DNA from: Scyliorhinus canicula
Taxonomy: Eukaryota
DNA length: 64,000 nucleotides
NCBI RefSeq assembly: GCF_902713615.1
Contig: NC_052162.1
Span: 127,124,653 to 127,188,652 of the forward strand
Reading direction: 5' to 3'
Shown: piece by piece, positions 23,557-35,238 of the stretch
Position numbering within the stretch: position 1 is the first letter of the stretch
Layout of the letters: each line of letters starts with the position of its first letter
Notes under the pieces: generated by a model
Seen by the model: the letters and a program-made list of their open reading frames with translations, nothing else
What the model was told of the DNA's origin: nothing
Database searches by the model: none
Made by a program: the position numbers and the translations under genes

Positions 23557-24579
23557 ATGGAGAAACCGTGGAAATGTGGGGACTGTGGGAAGGGATTCAG
23601 AGTACCATCACGACTGGAAGCTCATCGACGCATTCACACTGGGGAGAGGCCCTTCACCTGCTCCCGGTGTGGGAAGGGATTCGCTCAATTATCCAACCTG
23701 TGGATACACGAGCGCGTTCACACTGGGGAGCGACCATTCACCTGCTCTCAGTGTGGGAATGGATTTGCTCTGTTATCCAGCCTGCGGACACACCAGCGAG
23801 TTCACACTGGGGAGAGGCCGTTCACCTGCTCTAAGTGTGAGAAGGGATTCGCTCACTTATCCAGCCTGCGGACACACCAGCGAGTTCACACTGGGGAGAA
23901 GCCATTCACCTGCTCTCAGTGTGGGAAGGGATTCGCTCACTTATCCAGTCTGCGGAAACACCAGCGCGTTCACACTGGGGAGAAGCCATTCACCTGCTCT
24001 CACTGTGAGAAGGGATTCGCTCACTTATCCAGCCTGCAGACACACCAGCGAGTTCACACTGGGGAGAAGCCATTCACCTGCTCTCAGTGTGGGAAGGGAT
24101 TCACTCGGTTATACAGCCTGAAGAAACATCAGCGAATTCACACTGGGGAGAGACCGTTCACCTGCTCTCAGTGTGAGAAGGGATTCATTCGGTTATCCAA
24201 CCTGCTGACACACCAGCGAGTTCACACTGAGGCGAAGCCATTCACCTGCTCTCAGTGTGAGAAGGGATTCATTCGGTTATCCAACCTGCAGACACACCAG
24301 CGAGTTCACAATGGGGAGAAACCGTTCACCTGCTCTCAGTGTGAGAAGGGATTCGCTCACTTATCCAACCTGCGGACACACCAGCGAGTTCACACTGGGG
24401 AGAAGCCGTTCATCTGCTCTTTGTGTGGGAAGAGATTCACTCAGTCATCTCATCTGCAGGCACACCAGCGAGTTCACACTGGGGAGAGTCCGTTCACCTG
24501 CTCCGAGTGTGGGAAAGGATTCACTCGGTCAATCTTCCTGCTCAAACACCAGCAGGTTCACATCGGGAAGAGGCTGTGA
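23557..24579 (+). CDS. C2H2 zinc-finger protein C, 340 aa, 12 fingers
   Basis: accATGG MEKPWKC; intact frame to GKRL*; acceptor ends 23190. Confidence 0.88.
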   Translation: MEKPWKCGDCGKGFRVPSRLEAHRRIHTGERPFTCSRCGKGFAQLSNLWIHERVHTGERPFTCSQCGNGFALLSSLRTHQRVHTGERPFTCSKCEKGFAHLSSLRTHQRVHTGEKPFTCSQCGKGFAHLSSLRKHQRVHTGEKPFTCSHCEKGFAHLSSLQTHQRVHTGEKPFTCSQCGKGFTRLYSLKKHQRIHTGERPFTCSQCEKGFIRLSNLLTHQRVHTEAKPFTCSQCEKGFIRLSNLQTHQRVHNGEKPFTCSQCEKGFAHLSNLRTHQRVHTGEKPFICSLCGKRFTQSSHLQAHQRVHTGESPFTCSECGKGFTRSIFLLKHQQVHIGKRL

Positions 24580-25124
24580 TACAATATCTTATTTTATCTT
24601 CAAATAAGAGTCACAGATCCAGTTGATTGCAAGTGTCTAAAAATACAACTTTATTTGCTAAACATTCACCTTGATTCTATTTTTAAAAAAACTTAATAAA
24701 AACTTAGATCCAATAATACATCAAAACATAACAATGAGAGTTAAACGAAAACATAAAAAAAATTAGAAAATCAATAGATTGTTCAGAATCAGTTCAGAAC
24801 AAAGCTTTAATCATGAAGCCTTATTCTTAATGAAATTCTGATCAATGGTCTAATCCCTCATTTACTCTCATTGGTTTCTAATTCTCAGCTGGAGATTCCT
24901 GATTTATTCAAATATCTGTCTATCACTTAGAAAATGATTTGTTATCCAAGCACTGGTCATAACTTAAGATTTACTAATCTTCATCATATTAATTAAATGT
25001 CTACGTGCCCCCACCACGTGTGCCAATCCTACAAATATAAAGTTCTTGCATTAACCTCGCTGTTGCTAAGGCTTTGATACATTTTTCTTGCTAAATGTTG
25101 CTGTTTCTAAGGCTTTGATATATT

Positions 25125-26449
25125 TGTTATGGGCCAGGGTTTAGAGCATTGTTCTTCAAACTTTTTTTCCGGGGACACATTTTTACCAACCGGCCAACCT
25201 TCGGGACCCAACCCGGCCGACCTTCGGGACCCAACCCGGCCGATCTGCGCGACCCAACCCAGCCGACCTTCGCGACCCAACCCAGCCGACCTGCGCGACC
25301 CAACCCAGCCGACCTGTGCGACCCACCATTTTCTCTGACCTTGTTTGCTGCTGATAAAAATGGAGGAAATGGTTTTGGGTCCCTTTGTCCTCGTACCTGC
25401 TCCTCCAATGGAACCTGTTGGATGAAGGTGAAGCCTTCCGGTGTCGGAAAGTATGGAGCCTCCATCTGTCCAAAGTTCTGCATTTTTTTCCTGTAAGATT
25501 TTATGAAATAAAACCCACCGAACTTGTAAAAAAAATAATAAAATAAAAGAAAAAAAAATTTAATGAATAAAATAAATCAATACAATTAATTAACTCCCCC
25601 GAACTTGTAAAACAAAAAGCTGCGACCGGTTAAAAAATAAGCGGCCGCACTGCGCATGCGTGCCCGATCATCGGCGCACATGCGCATAGTTTTGCGTTTG
25701 CGGCCGGTGATCTGACACGCATGCGCAGTGAAGGCGCATTTTTTTTTACACGTTTGTGGCCATTTTGAAGGCAGCTTGCAGCCTGCGTTATTAACAGCTG
25801 GCTGCTGCAGCTGTTGCACGCTGATTTGCGCAATCTGGAGCGCCGCGACAGACGGCTCCACCGCCCTCCCGGTACCCACCGGGTGGCACCCTGAGTTTGA
25901 CAATGCCTGGTTTAGAGAACCCCAAAGTGTATCATGGAGTTCACCTGACCCACGACCTTTAATAGATTCTGGCTATGGGGAGCACATGGGCCCACTCTGC
26001 AGGTGTGATGCAACAGAACTCTACAGTACTTTTAAATTAAAACAATGTTTATTTATGAAACCAGTTCACACTTTATAAACCCACAGTAAACATCTGAACA
26101 ATATCAACACCAATAAATCCCCCAAAGAATACAGTGCTCTCTGAGTAACTCTGAGTTCATCTTTCCTTGCAACATCCATAAGACAAAAAGAACCCTTTTT
26201 ACAGAAAGACATCAGGTTGAATGTCACTGCTGAGAACAGTTACCACTTTGAAATCACCAAATGAACATTCATAAGCTTGCAGACATTCCGACACATCTTG
26301 CTGTGACTGCAGCTTCTCCAAATCTAAAAGGAAACTAAACACACCCTGTAGCTGCAAGCCCAAAGTGAAAGTCAAAGCAGACAGGCATCTCCACCCACAC
26401 TCAGACATCACTGATAAACACCATTTCTTAAAGGTACTCTCACATGTCA
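25125..26449 (-). mobile_element. Solo LTR B (Gypsy-like) nested in element A; copy 35796-36995
   Basis: TGTTAT...ATGTCA/ATGACA; flanks tatt/catt; absent in units A, B, E, F. Confidence 0.8.
25147..25909. mobile_element. Non-autonomous hAT (Charlie/Buster-like) transposon; copy 35818-36449
   Basis: 8-bp TSD GTTTAGAG; imperfect TIRs CA(G/T)TGTTCTTCAAACT / AGTTTGACAATGCCTG; about 22-bp subterminal repeats. Confidence 0.88.
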
Positions 26450-27479
26450 CATTTTTATTACTAAATGTTGCGATGGTTTTGATACATTTTCATTACAGAT
26501 TGTGTTGAGGAACAATGGTTTATTATTTACAAGGGGCTTTTATGAACCATTCATGAAACAATGTGAGATTCTTGCTTCGCAGTTCTTATTTATTATCTGA
26601 AACAATGACTATCCATCCACATTAGCTTTGTGGATATTCCATTCACTGTCTGTGCTCTGAATTAAGAAATGTGTTGCATCAATTCTTAAAGGCACCAATA
26701 AATCAGTGAATCAATAAATCAGTAAATATCTGGCCATTTATCTGCTGTGTGTGTGGGAAGGGTTTTCCCTGTTATCCACCCTGCGCAGCTACCAGCGAGT
26801 TCACGAGTGATGACAGGGGTTGGACTCTGCTGTTATTGCTGCTGTTAATCACACCCAGGACTGAACCATGTTCATTCTGACACTTGGTGAAGTGGGAGGG
26901 TCGGAGGGTTTCTCTCTGCTGGACTCAGTGAGGGGGGGGTGAGGAGATTTACGAGAACGGCACCAGGAATGAGGGACTTCAGTTAGTTGGAGTTACTGGA
27001 GCAGCTGAAATTGTTCTCTTCAGACCATAGAGTCATTCGGGAAGAGAGGGAGGCCATTCAGCCCATTGATCCCATGCAGGCTCTCTGTGAAGCAAACCGG
27101 TCAGTCCCATTTCCCTCAAGCACTCTATCCTAAGCTCATTCCCCCAGCTAGGTAAATGGTAAAGTCACCATAGTCCCAGATGACCATAGGCATATCCCCT
27201 TTAAGGGGCGGGTGGGGGGGAGCTGACTGCTGGTGATTTAACCTCAGGCAAGGATCAAGTTGACAAGCTCCCACTGACACTAGTGGGGAGAGTGCAGGCA
27301 GGAACCTCGATCCCTGATCACTCTTCCTTTTCACTCAGCCCCCCCTCCATTTATTGTGTGCGGGTGGAAGGGGGCAGCCATCGCAAAACCCCTCTTGCAC
27401 ACGTGTATATGTGTAAAAATGAAGCAACCACTTTATTTCACCATCCCCCGAGTTTGTTGTGGAAGGTATTGATCGAGGA

Positions 27480-28610
27480 TGTGAACATGTCTAAAGTGAA
27501 GGGTTGGAGAAAAATACCCCACCGTTTTTAACAGGAGAAAGACCCCCCCCCCCCCCACTTCCTGTCCATGACACGTGGGAGATTCAGAGACTTAGAAAAG
27601 AGTTAGTATTAGAAAGAAATTTCCAAAATTGGATAAGCTGTCAACATCAGTCACAAGGAAGCAAATGAAATTCATTCTGAATGGGATGAGGAAGAATTGG
27701 GACATTTCGGGATGGATTCCCCGTTCCCCCGGCCGTGTGTTTCTCGGCAGTGTGCCGTTCGCTGGGTGGTGAGATTCTCTGTTCCTGCCGCCTGTCACTG
27801 GGATTTCCCATTGAAGCCCCCCCCCCAACGCCGTGGGGTAACCTGCGGGCGGGGGTGCCCTGCCAGCGGGACAGGTGAATTACAGCAGCTGGAGAATTCC
27901 GGCCTTCGAATTGTTTGATGATCAGACCAAATGGGAACATCAAACCTTTCCACTTGAACATAAAAAGCTTCTGAGTGATATTCGTAAAGTGGCCCAAGGA
28001 CGGGATTGGCCAATGAGCAAACGGATTGTTGGTCATGTGTCGGCAAACAAGTTCCTTCATTGGTCTTGGAATTTGGTGTGGGAGGGGAAGCTGAGTTGGA
28101 AGATTTGCCCAGCTTGAAGCGAGAGGAAGAAATCTCCTGGGGTCCCTACAGTGAGAGGCAGTTAGCCATGTGACAGAAAGCAGTCAGCTTGGAAAGAGCT
28201 GTGAAGAAGCTGTGTGAACTGACTGAGAAAAAGCAGGTCTGTCCAAAGTCAGATCAAGAAGGAAGTGGAACCTTCACAAGCAAAAGATCACTTACAGTTG
28301 AATATCCCAACTGAAAAATTGGGGAGAAAATAAAGTGAATTCCAGATGATTGTGGCATATCTACAGGTTGGTCCCTAAAGAAAGCGAATAAGCTTCAGAA
28401 GCTTTTGTGAGATAAGGAATCTCTTGGGAAGGGAGTAAAGCGAAAACTGGATTCATCGAATAAAGATATAAACTCGAGTGTTAAGGTAGGAGAGCTAACT
28501 TTAACTTTATATATGCAATAAAGGTCTGTTTTAGTTGAGAAACATGACATTCTATGACGTAGGTCATTCACTGAATTGCTGGGTGTTCAGACTTCTCTTC
28601 AAACATTAAC
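27480..28610 (+). mobile_element. Possible long LTR-like repeat (copy about 38020-39213)
   Basis: AATAAA about 90 bp before a TTAACA end; left boundary and TSD not resolved. Confidence 0.35.
27709..27904. mobile_element. MITE-like element (possibly PIF/Harbinger-derived); copy 38294-38499
   Basis: Imperfect TIRs gggatggattcccc / ggagaattccggcc; ttc on both flanks; GC-rich inside AT-rich host. Confidence 0.55.
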
Positions 28611-29092
28611 AGCCCCTTCCGGGATGGTAATGTTCTCCTTTGTGGCCCGGGGTCAGAAATGGTCAGCGAGCATCTCCAAGGAGAGCGAGAGGCAGGAGAG
28701 GAAAGCCAGTCAGTTTCAGGAAGAGATGACCAGGTCATGGACATGTTTGAGTTCCAAAGTGGGACAGGGTGGTGCATTTGTTGCCCTCCTTTGTCACGGG
28801 TGCAATGTCAGAAACAAAGGCTTTTCAAATTAATCCTTTCATGGGATTGGAGCATCGCTGGCAAGGCCAGCATTTATTGCCCATCCCTGATTTCCCGAGC
28901 GGAGGTGAGCCGCCTTCTTGATGCGCGGCAGGACCTATTTACCCATGGAATGGCAGAAGGAGGCCATTCGGCCCAGTGGGGCTGCACCGACACTCTGAAA
29001 GAGCGCCCAACCTAGGTCCAATCCCCCGACCTATCCCCCGTGACCCCACTTCCACCACCCTCGTAGGCAGCGAGTTCCAGGACATGGAGCAA

Positions 29093-29410
29093 TAAGGTGA
29101 CATGGTGGTTAGCACTGTTGGCTCAAAATGGCAGAAGCTCTGGGTTCGATTCCGGCCTCGGGTTACTGGGGTTTGTACATTCTTCCCGTGTCTGTGTGGG
29201 TTTCCTCCGGGTGCTCCGGTTTCCTCCCACTGACCAACGGTGTGCAGGTTTAGTTGGATTGGTCATGCTAAGTTGCCGCTCAGTGTTGAACGATCAGGTG
29301 GGGTTACTGGGATAGGTGAGGGATTGGGCCGAGGTAGGGTGGTCTTTCGGAGGGATGGTGCAGACTTGATGAGCTGAATGCCTGTCTTCTGCACTGTTGG
29401 GATTCTATGA
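29093..29410 (+). mobile_element. HE1/V-SINE-like SINE (copy 39660-41010 interrupted by a LINE)
   Basis: tggtggttagcactg...gggtttcctccgggtgctccggtttcctccca...gggattctatg tail. Confidence 0.75.
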
Positions 29411-30173
29411 CATGACCAATCGCCGCGCATCCCCCATATCACTAAGTAATAGATTTGTGTAGTGGTTCAGTATACGTATATATATTATGATTCTTGGGCA
29501 AACCCCTTAAGAACCAAGAATGTTTTGATGAAATCGATAAAAGTTTGAGATTGAAGACACTCAGTCGGCAAATAAAACCACAGGATTCCGTAGGTTTTGA
29601 ACAACAAAAATAAAGTCTACGATACAAAGTCAGAAAGATAAAACACTGTACATTATCTACCTTAAATTCTAACCTTCACGTTGGAATAGAGGGACGTGTG
29701 AATAAACACATATAATGTGCTTGAATAGGCAACACACCATAAATGGCAGGTGCGACCAAGACAGAGTCCATGGAAATCTCACCCAAACGTCAGTAAACAC
29801 TGAGTCAGCCAATCTCACTGAAAATTAGTCACTTGTGAGGGATTTTCGTGTTCACCTTCAAAGATCTAACCGTGGAATTCTGTCCTTTCCTGGCCCGCAC
29901 TGCAGACTCAACAGAGCAGAGACAAATGTATTTATTTTGGATCTACCTGCCGTGGAGGTAAAACACTGTTTAATATCCTGGATGAAATAAATGGACTTCA
30001 TCAGCTTTTGCAGATCATTTCAGTGGAGATGTGCTCTCCCAGGCTAAAAGAACATCGGCCCACTGGAAGTCGTGAGACCAGCCAGTTCAGCAGAAAGCAA
30101 CCCTCCAACCCTCCCACTTCACCAAGTCTCAGAATGAACATGGTTCAGTCCTGGATGTGATTAACAGCAGCAA

Positions 30174-30500
30174 AAACATAGAACATTACAGTGCAGTACA
30201 GGCCCTTTGGCCCTCAATGTTGCGCTGACCTGTGATACCCCTCCAAAGTCCTTCTACACTACTCCCTTGTTGTCCATATGCCTATCCAATGACCATTTGA
30301 ATGCGTTTAGTGTTGGCGAGTCCACTAATGTTGCAGGCAGTGCATTTCACGCCCTTACTACTCTCTGAGTAAAGAACCTACCACGGACATCTGTCCTATA
30401 TCTATCTCCCCACAATTTACAGCTATGTCCCCTCGTGCTGGACATCACCATCCGAGGAAAAAGGCTCTCAATGTCCTCTGATCATCTTGTATTTGGAAAG
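30174..30500 (-). mobile_element. CR1 3' fragment inserted downstream of - strand ZNF pseudogene
   Basis: Reverse-complement match to the 3' end of the CR1 at 950-1250; absent at the paralogous site near 41770. Confidence 0.8.
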
Positions 30501-30544
30501 TTTAATTCCCCCATAACAACTACAGCACAATCGAATCTCTGTCA

Positions 30545-30967
30545 TCACTTGTGAGCTCGCTGGTATCTCAGCACGTGGGGTGACCGATTGAATCCCTTCC
30601 CACACCGAGGGCAGGCAAACAGCTTCTCCCCAGTGTGAACGCGCGGGTGCCTCTGCAGGTTGGATGACTGAGTGAAACCCTTCCCGCAAACGGGGCATGG
30701 AAATGGCCTTTTGCCAGTGTTAACTCGCTGGTGTCAAATGAGGGCGGATGAATCACTGAATCCCTTCCCACACTGAGAGCAGGCGAATGGCCTCACCCCG
30801 GTGTGAATGCGCTGGTGTGTCAGCAGGGCAGATGAATGAGTGAATACCTTCCCACACTTGAAGCAGGTGAATGGCCTCTCCCCAGTGTGACAGAGTCGAT
30901 GAGTTTTGAGAGGAGATGGGGAACTGAGTCCCTTCCCACAATCCCCACATTTCCATGGTTTTTCCAT
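30545..30967 (-). pseudogene. - strand partner C2H2 ZNF pseudogene, about 5 finger units
   Basis: [10 protein letters not shown] start; premature TGA at 30734; lost His ligands; ends LRYQRAHK*. Confidence 0.85.
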
Positions 30968-31296
30968 GGCAATGGTGTCCTTGTGTTTTTCCAGGTCCAA
31001 TGATCAGTCCCAGCCTCGTCCACTTGTACGGTCTCTCCGCACTGTGAATTGTGCGATATTTTCTCTTCCTATGTAACCGTTTAAAGCTCGCTCCACAGTC
31101 AGTTCACTGGAACACTGTCACTCAGGTCTTTGTGTGTCTCGGTGCATTTCCAATCACACTGATGTTTAAATGTTTTGAAGCAGACAGAACAGACAAACAT
31201 TTCTCCTTCTAGATTCAAAGGCCGATGACATTCAGGCCACAATGAATTAAATGAAGATCTCAGATCCTGACCTTACATCCACATTTGATATCCTGT

Positions 31297-32368
31297 TGTC
31301 ATGTCAGAGTACCTTTAAGAAATGGGCGTTTACGAAATGCACCTTTAAGAAATGGGTGTTTATCAGTGATGTCAGAGAGTGGGTGGAGCTGGGCTGTCTG
31401 GCAGCTTTTTCCTTTCGTTTTAGGCTATTTGCTGCAGGATGTGTTTTCGTTTCTGTAGAAGGGGCTTTACTTGGCGGGTTAGTTGCCTTAATACACGGTA
31501 TTCTTTCTAACCGTCTTCTTGACTATATTTCATGGCAATAGGCACTTGGCAAAGCATGATGGATATATATTAGCCTTATTTCAGTCAAGAAGTTCTGCAT
31601 GTAATAGCAGAAGGTCAGTCTATGTAAACAAGTGCACAGCTGCACATTGTTGCTGACAGCAGACAATTGTTATTGCTCGTAGACTACGAATTCAAGGCCT
31701 GTTGTTTAAGGCTGCTCGCTTTTCTGTCTCTGGGCTTATCAGTGGAATGCCTCGTTTTTCTAAATATTGCTTATTGAACAATATAAAGTACTGCCTTGCC
31801 TTTGTACAGTGGGGAACAATTAGAAGGACTTTGGTCACTCTAAATCCCCCCACAAAACTTTGTGTTAAAATAAAGGACCTTTGGCGAAAACTCGAAGTGC
31901 TGGTATTTTTTCCTCAACAGTTTCGTTCTCAGAGCTGGATAGCTGCAGTCACAGTCAGAAGGTGTATGAGTCTCTCTCTCTGTAATCTAAAAATTGTAAA
32001 TCGATCCTTTGGTGATTTAAAACTAATAACTGCTCTTAGTAGTGGCTTTAACATGAATTGCTTCTGTTTAAAGGTTTTTTTAAAGTCTTATGGATGTAAA
32101 AAGGACAGCTTGAGTATTACTTAGTGTTGTATTCTTTGGGGCTGTATTTGAATTGATGGTTGCTAAGATGTTCACTGTATGTTTTAAAAAGATTAACTTG
32201 AATTCATAGAATGAACATTGTTTTGCTTTTAAAAAATACTTTTCCATTTCTGTTGTACCACACCTGTAGAGTGGCCCGCGTGCTCCCCATACCACACTCT
32301 ATTACAAGTTGTGGGTCGGGTGAATTCCATGATACACTTTGGGGTTCTCTAAACCCTGGCCCATAACA
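31297..32368 (+). mobile_element. Solo LTR B inserted at the splice acceptor of the - gene; copy 42757-43184
   Basis: ctgt|TGTCAT...ATAACA|ctgt, 4-bp TSD. Confidence 0.85.
31454..31919 (+). mobile_element. 466-bp solo LTR nested in LTR B
   Basis: gtttc|TGTAGA...TCAACA|gtttc; AATAAA near the 3' end; absent from the 42757 copy. Confidence 0.82.
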
Positions 32369-32688
32369 CTGTAAAAGGAGTTTACAAACGTCATCGGTGT
32401 CAGAACAGAATAGAAATTCAGAACAGACAATTCTAGTTTCTGTGGAATATTCTTTCCTCTCATTTCCCCAAGATCTGCAATTCTCCATCCCACACACTCT
32501 CTCCATTCTCACCCTCCTGTATCTAATATTCACCCTCCCAATTCTCCTGAAGGTGCTGATTCAGGCTGATTGACAGATCCCTGCTCACTGCTTCCTGTCC
32601 TGGACACAGAGACCTGAAAATCTTCCTGCAGGCTGCCAGACAAATGTCTGTCTGCATTACTGGACAGAAAATGTGTGTAATATACAGA

Positions 32689-33312
32689 CTGGATTCACTT
32701 CCTTTCCCTTCAGTTGCTGCAAGTCCCCAATGTCCCCCCAGAATGAGGAAAGAAATGGAAAGGGGGAAACATTGATTTCCTCCCAGATGTTGCAGAGGAG
32801 GAAGTTTGAGTCCAACTTCTGCCTTGTGACGTCACAGGGGAACCCTACCTGGATCAGCCAATAGGAATCACTCTGCTTCGTGGTGACGTCTCCGGGTTCC
32901 AGTGCGCAGGTCGGCGTGGACACGGGAGCCCCGCCCCAGCCTTTGTTCCCCGCCCACCTCCTCCAGACAGGGTTTCCAGGCAACCGGCTGACGGCTCCAG
33001 CGTGAGCGAGAAGCCGCAAAGTGACCGCCCCCTTGCCCGGGACTGCGCATGTGCAGCTGAGAGCCCGCCCCCTAACCTTCCGGCTGAGCTGTTGACCAAT
33101 GGGAAGATTGAAGGACCGGAAGGACTCTTTCGTTCACATCAAACAGCGGATTTCCGGTGTCTGAAAATGGCGCTTCACACAGACTGAAACCTCCTCCTGT
33201 CTCCAACATCTGTGAGTAAAACACTTTCTTTTCTCCCCCTTTCCATTTCTTTTCTCATTCTCACCTTCAATTGGTCACTTGCAGCAACTGAAGGGAAAGG
33301 AAGTGAACCCAG
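32689..33312. promoter_or_regulatory. Bidirectional promoter cassette P3; donor at 33212
   Basis: TGTGACGTCACA, two CCAAT, GC box, TGCGCATGTGCA, CCGGAAG, AAAATGGCG. Confidence 0.82.
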
Positions 33313-33990
33313 GGAGGGTGCTGACTCTGGAAAGCTTGGCCAAGGTGTCTCTCTTATAGCACAATTGCTTTACAGCTCCAGGTTCCCAGTTCGAATCCGG
33401 CCCCGGGTCACTGTCCGTGTGGAGTCTGCAAGTTCTCCCAGTGTCTGCGTTCCCCCCCCCCCCCCCCCCCCCCCCCGTCCCCCCCCCCCCCGCAAAGGGG
33501 AAGTCAGATAATGGTTATCTGGGACTATGGCAACTTTGCTATGGATAAAAATGGAGAATGGAGAAACATTTTAGGGTCCCTCTGTCTGGGACATGAAACA
33601 GTGACCATGGATCTTTTGCTCAAATTAAATCTTATCTTAACAAGAATTGGGAGGGTATATATTGGGTGGAGTGAGTATAGGATGACTTTTGGGAAGGAGA
33701 GAGGATTGAATGTTCATAGAAAGTAGGATTGTCTGTTCTGAATGTCTATCCTGTACTGACAGTGATGATTGTGTGAACTCCTTTTACAGGATCTCAGAAG
33801 GTGAGGATTTACAGACAGAAATCTCAAAGCAAACTTCACGTCAACATCCGACAGCGTCGCTCATTTCATCAGGACTGGAGTATCATCGGCCTTTAAATTG
33901 TTTGTCTGTTCAGTCTGCTTCTGAATGCTTTAAATATCAGTGTGACTCGAAAAGCACCGAGACACACACATCCGAGTGAGAGTGTTCTAG

Positions 33991-34083
<93 letters not shown>

Positions 34084-34128
34084 TAAGGACGAGGCCTCAA
34101 CTGGGCGATGAACAAGGACACCCGCACC

Positions 34129-35238
34129 ATGGAGAAACCGTGGAAATGTGGGGACTGTGGGAAGGGATTCAGTGCCCCATCACGACTGGAAGCCCATCGA
34201 CGCAGTCACACTGGGGAGAGGCCGTTCACCTGCTCCCGTTGTGAGAAAGGATTCACTCACTTATCCAGCCTGCGGACACACCAGCGAGTTCACACTGGGG
34301 AGAGGCCGTTCACCTGCTCCCAGTGTGAGAAGAGATTCGCTCACTTATCCAGCCTGCGGAAACACCAGCTAGTTCACACTGGGGAGAGGCCCTTCACCTG
34401 CTCTCAGTGTGAGAAGGGATTCACTCACTTATCCAACCTGTGGACACACCAGCGCGTTCACACTGGGGAGAGGCCATTCACCTGCTCTCAGTGTGAGAAG
34501 GGATTTGCTCACTTATCCAGTCTGCGGAAACACCAGCTAGTTCACACTGGGGAGAGGCCGTTCACCTGCTCTCAGTGTGAGATGGGATTCATTCGGTTAT
34601 CCAACCTGCGGGCGCACCAGCGGGTTCACACTGGAGAGAGGCCGTTCACCTGCTCTCAGTGTGAAATGGCATTCGCTCACTTATCCAACCTGCGGACACA
34701 CCAGCGCGTTCACACTGGGGAGAAGCCATTCACTTGCTCTCAGTGTGAGAAGGGATTCGCTCTGTTATCCAGCCTGCGGACACACCAGCGAATTCACACT
34801 GGGGAGAGGCCATTCATCTGCTCTGTGTGTGGGAAGGGATTCACTCAGTCATCTCACCTGCAGGCACACCAGCGAGTTCACACTGGGGAGAGGCCGTTCA
34901 CCTGCTCTCAGTGTGGGAAGGGATTCACTCGGGCATCTTTCCTGCAGGAAACACCAGCGAGTTCACACTGGGGAGGAGGCCGTATCATCTGCTCTGTGTG
35001 TGGGAAGGGATTCACTCGGTCATCTCACCTGCAGATACACCAGCGAGTTCACACTGGGGAGAGGCCATTCATCTGCTCTGAGTGTGGGAAGGGATTCAGC
35101 GATTCATCCTCCCGGCTGTCACACCAGCGAATTCACAGTAAGGAGAGACCATTCACCTGCTCCGAGTGTGGGAAGGGATTCACTCGGTCAACCTTCCTGC
35201 TCAAACACCAGCAGGTTCACATTGGGAAGAGGCTGTGA
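34129..35238 (+). CDS. C2H2 zinc-finger protein D, 13 finger units (12 intact); alternative in-frame ATG at 34108
   Basis: accATGG MEKPWKC; finger 10 scrambled by three +1 insertions; acceptor ends 33789. Confidence 0.82.
   Translation: MEKPWKCGDCGKGFSAPSRLEAHRRSHTGERPFTCSRCEKGFTHLSSLRTHQRVHTGERPFTCSQCEKRFAHLSSLRKHQLVHTGERPFTCSQCEKGFTHLSNLWTHQRVHTGERPFTCSQCEKGFAHLSSLRKHQLVHTGERPFTCSQCEMGFIRLSNLRAHQRVHTGERPFTCSQCEMAFAHLSNLRTHQRVHTGEKPFTCSQCEKGFALLSSLRTHQRIHTGERPFICSVCGKGFTQSSHLQAHQRVHTGERPFTCSQCGKGFTRASFLQETPASSHWGGGRIICSVCGKGFTRSSHLQIHQRVHTGERPFICSECGKGFSDSSSRLSHQRIHSKERPFTCSECGKGFTRSTFLLKHQQVHIGKRL

Larger units (their letters stand above)
24577..26731 (-). mobile_element. LTR-like element A with nested LTR B and hAT
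   Basis: ggctg|TGATAC...TATCT|ggcca; colinear with 5335-6117 apart from the insert. Confidence 0.7.
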
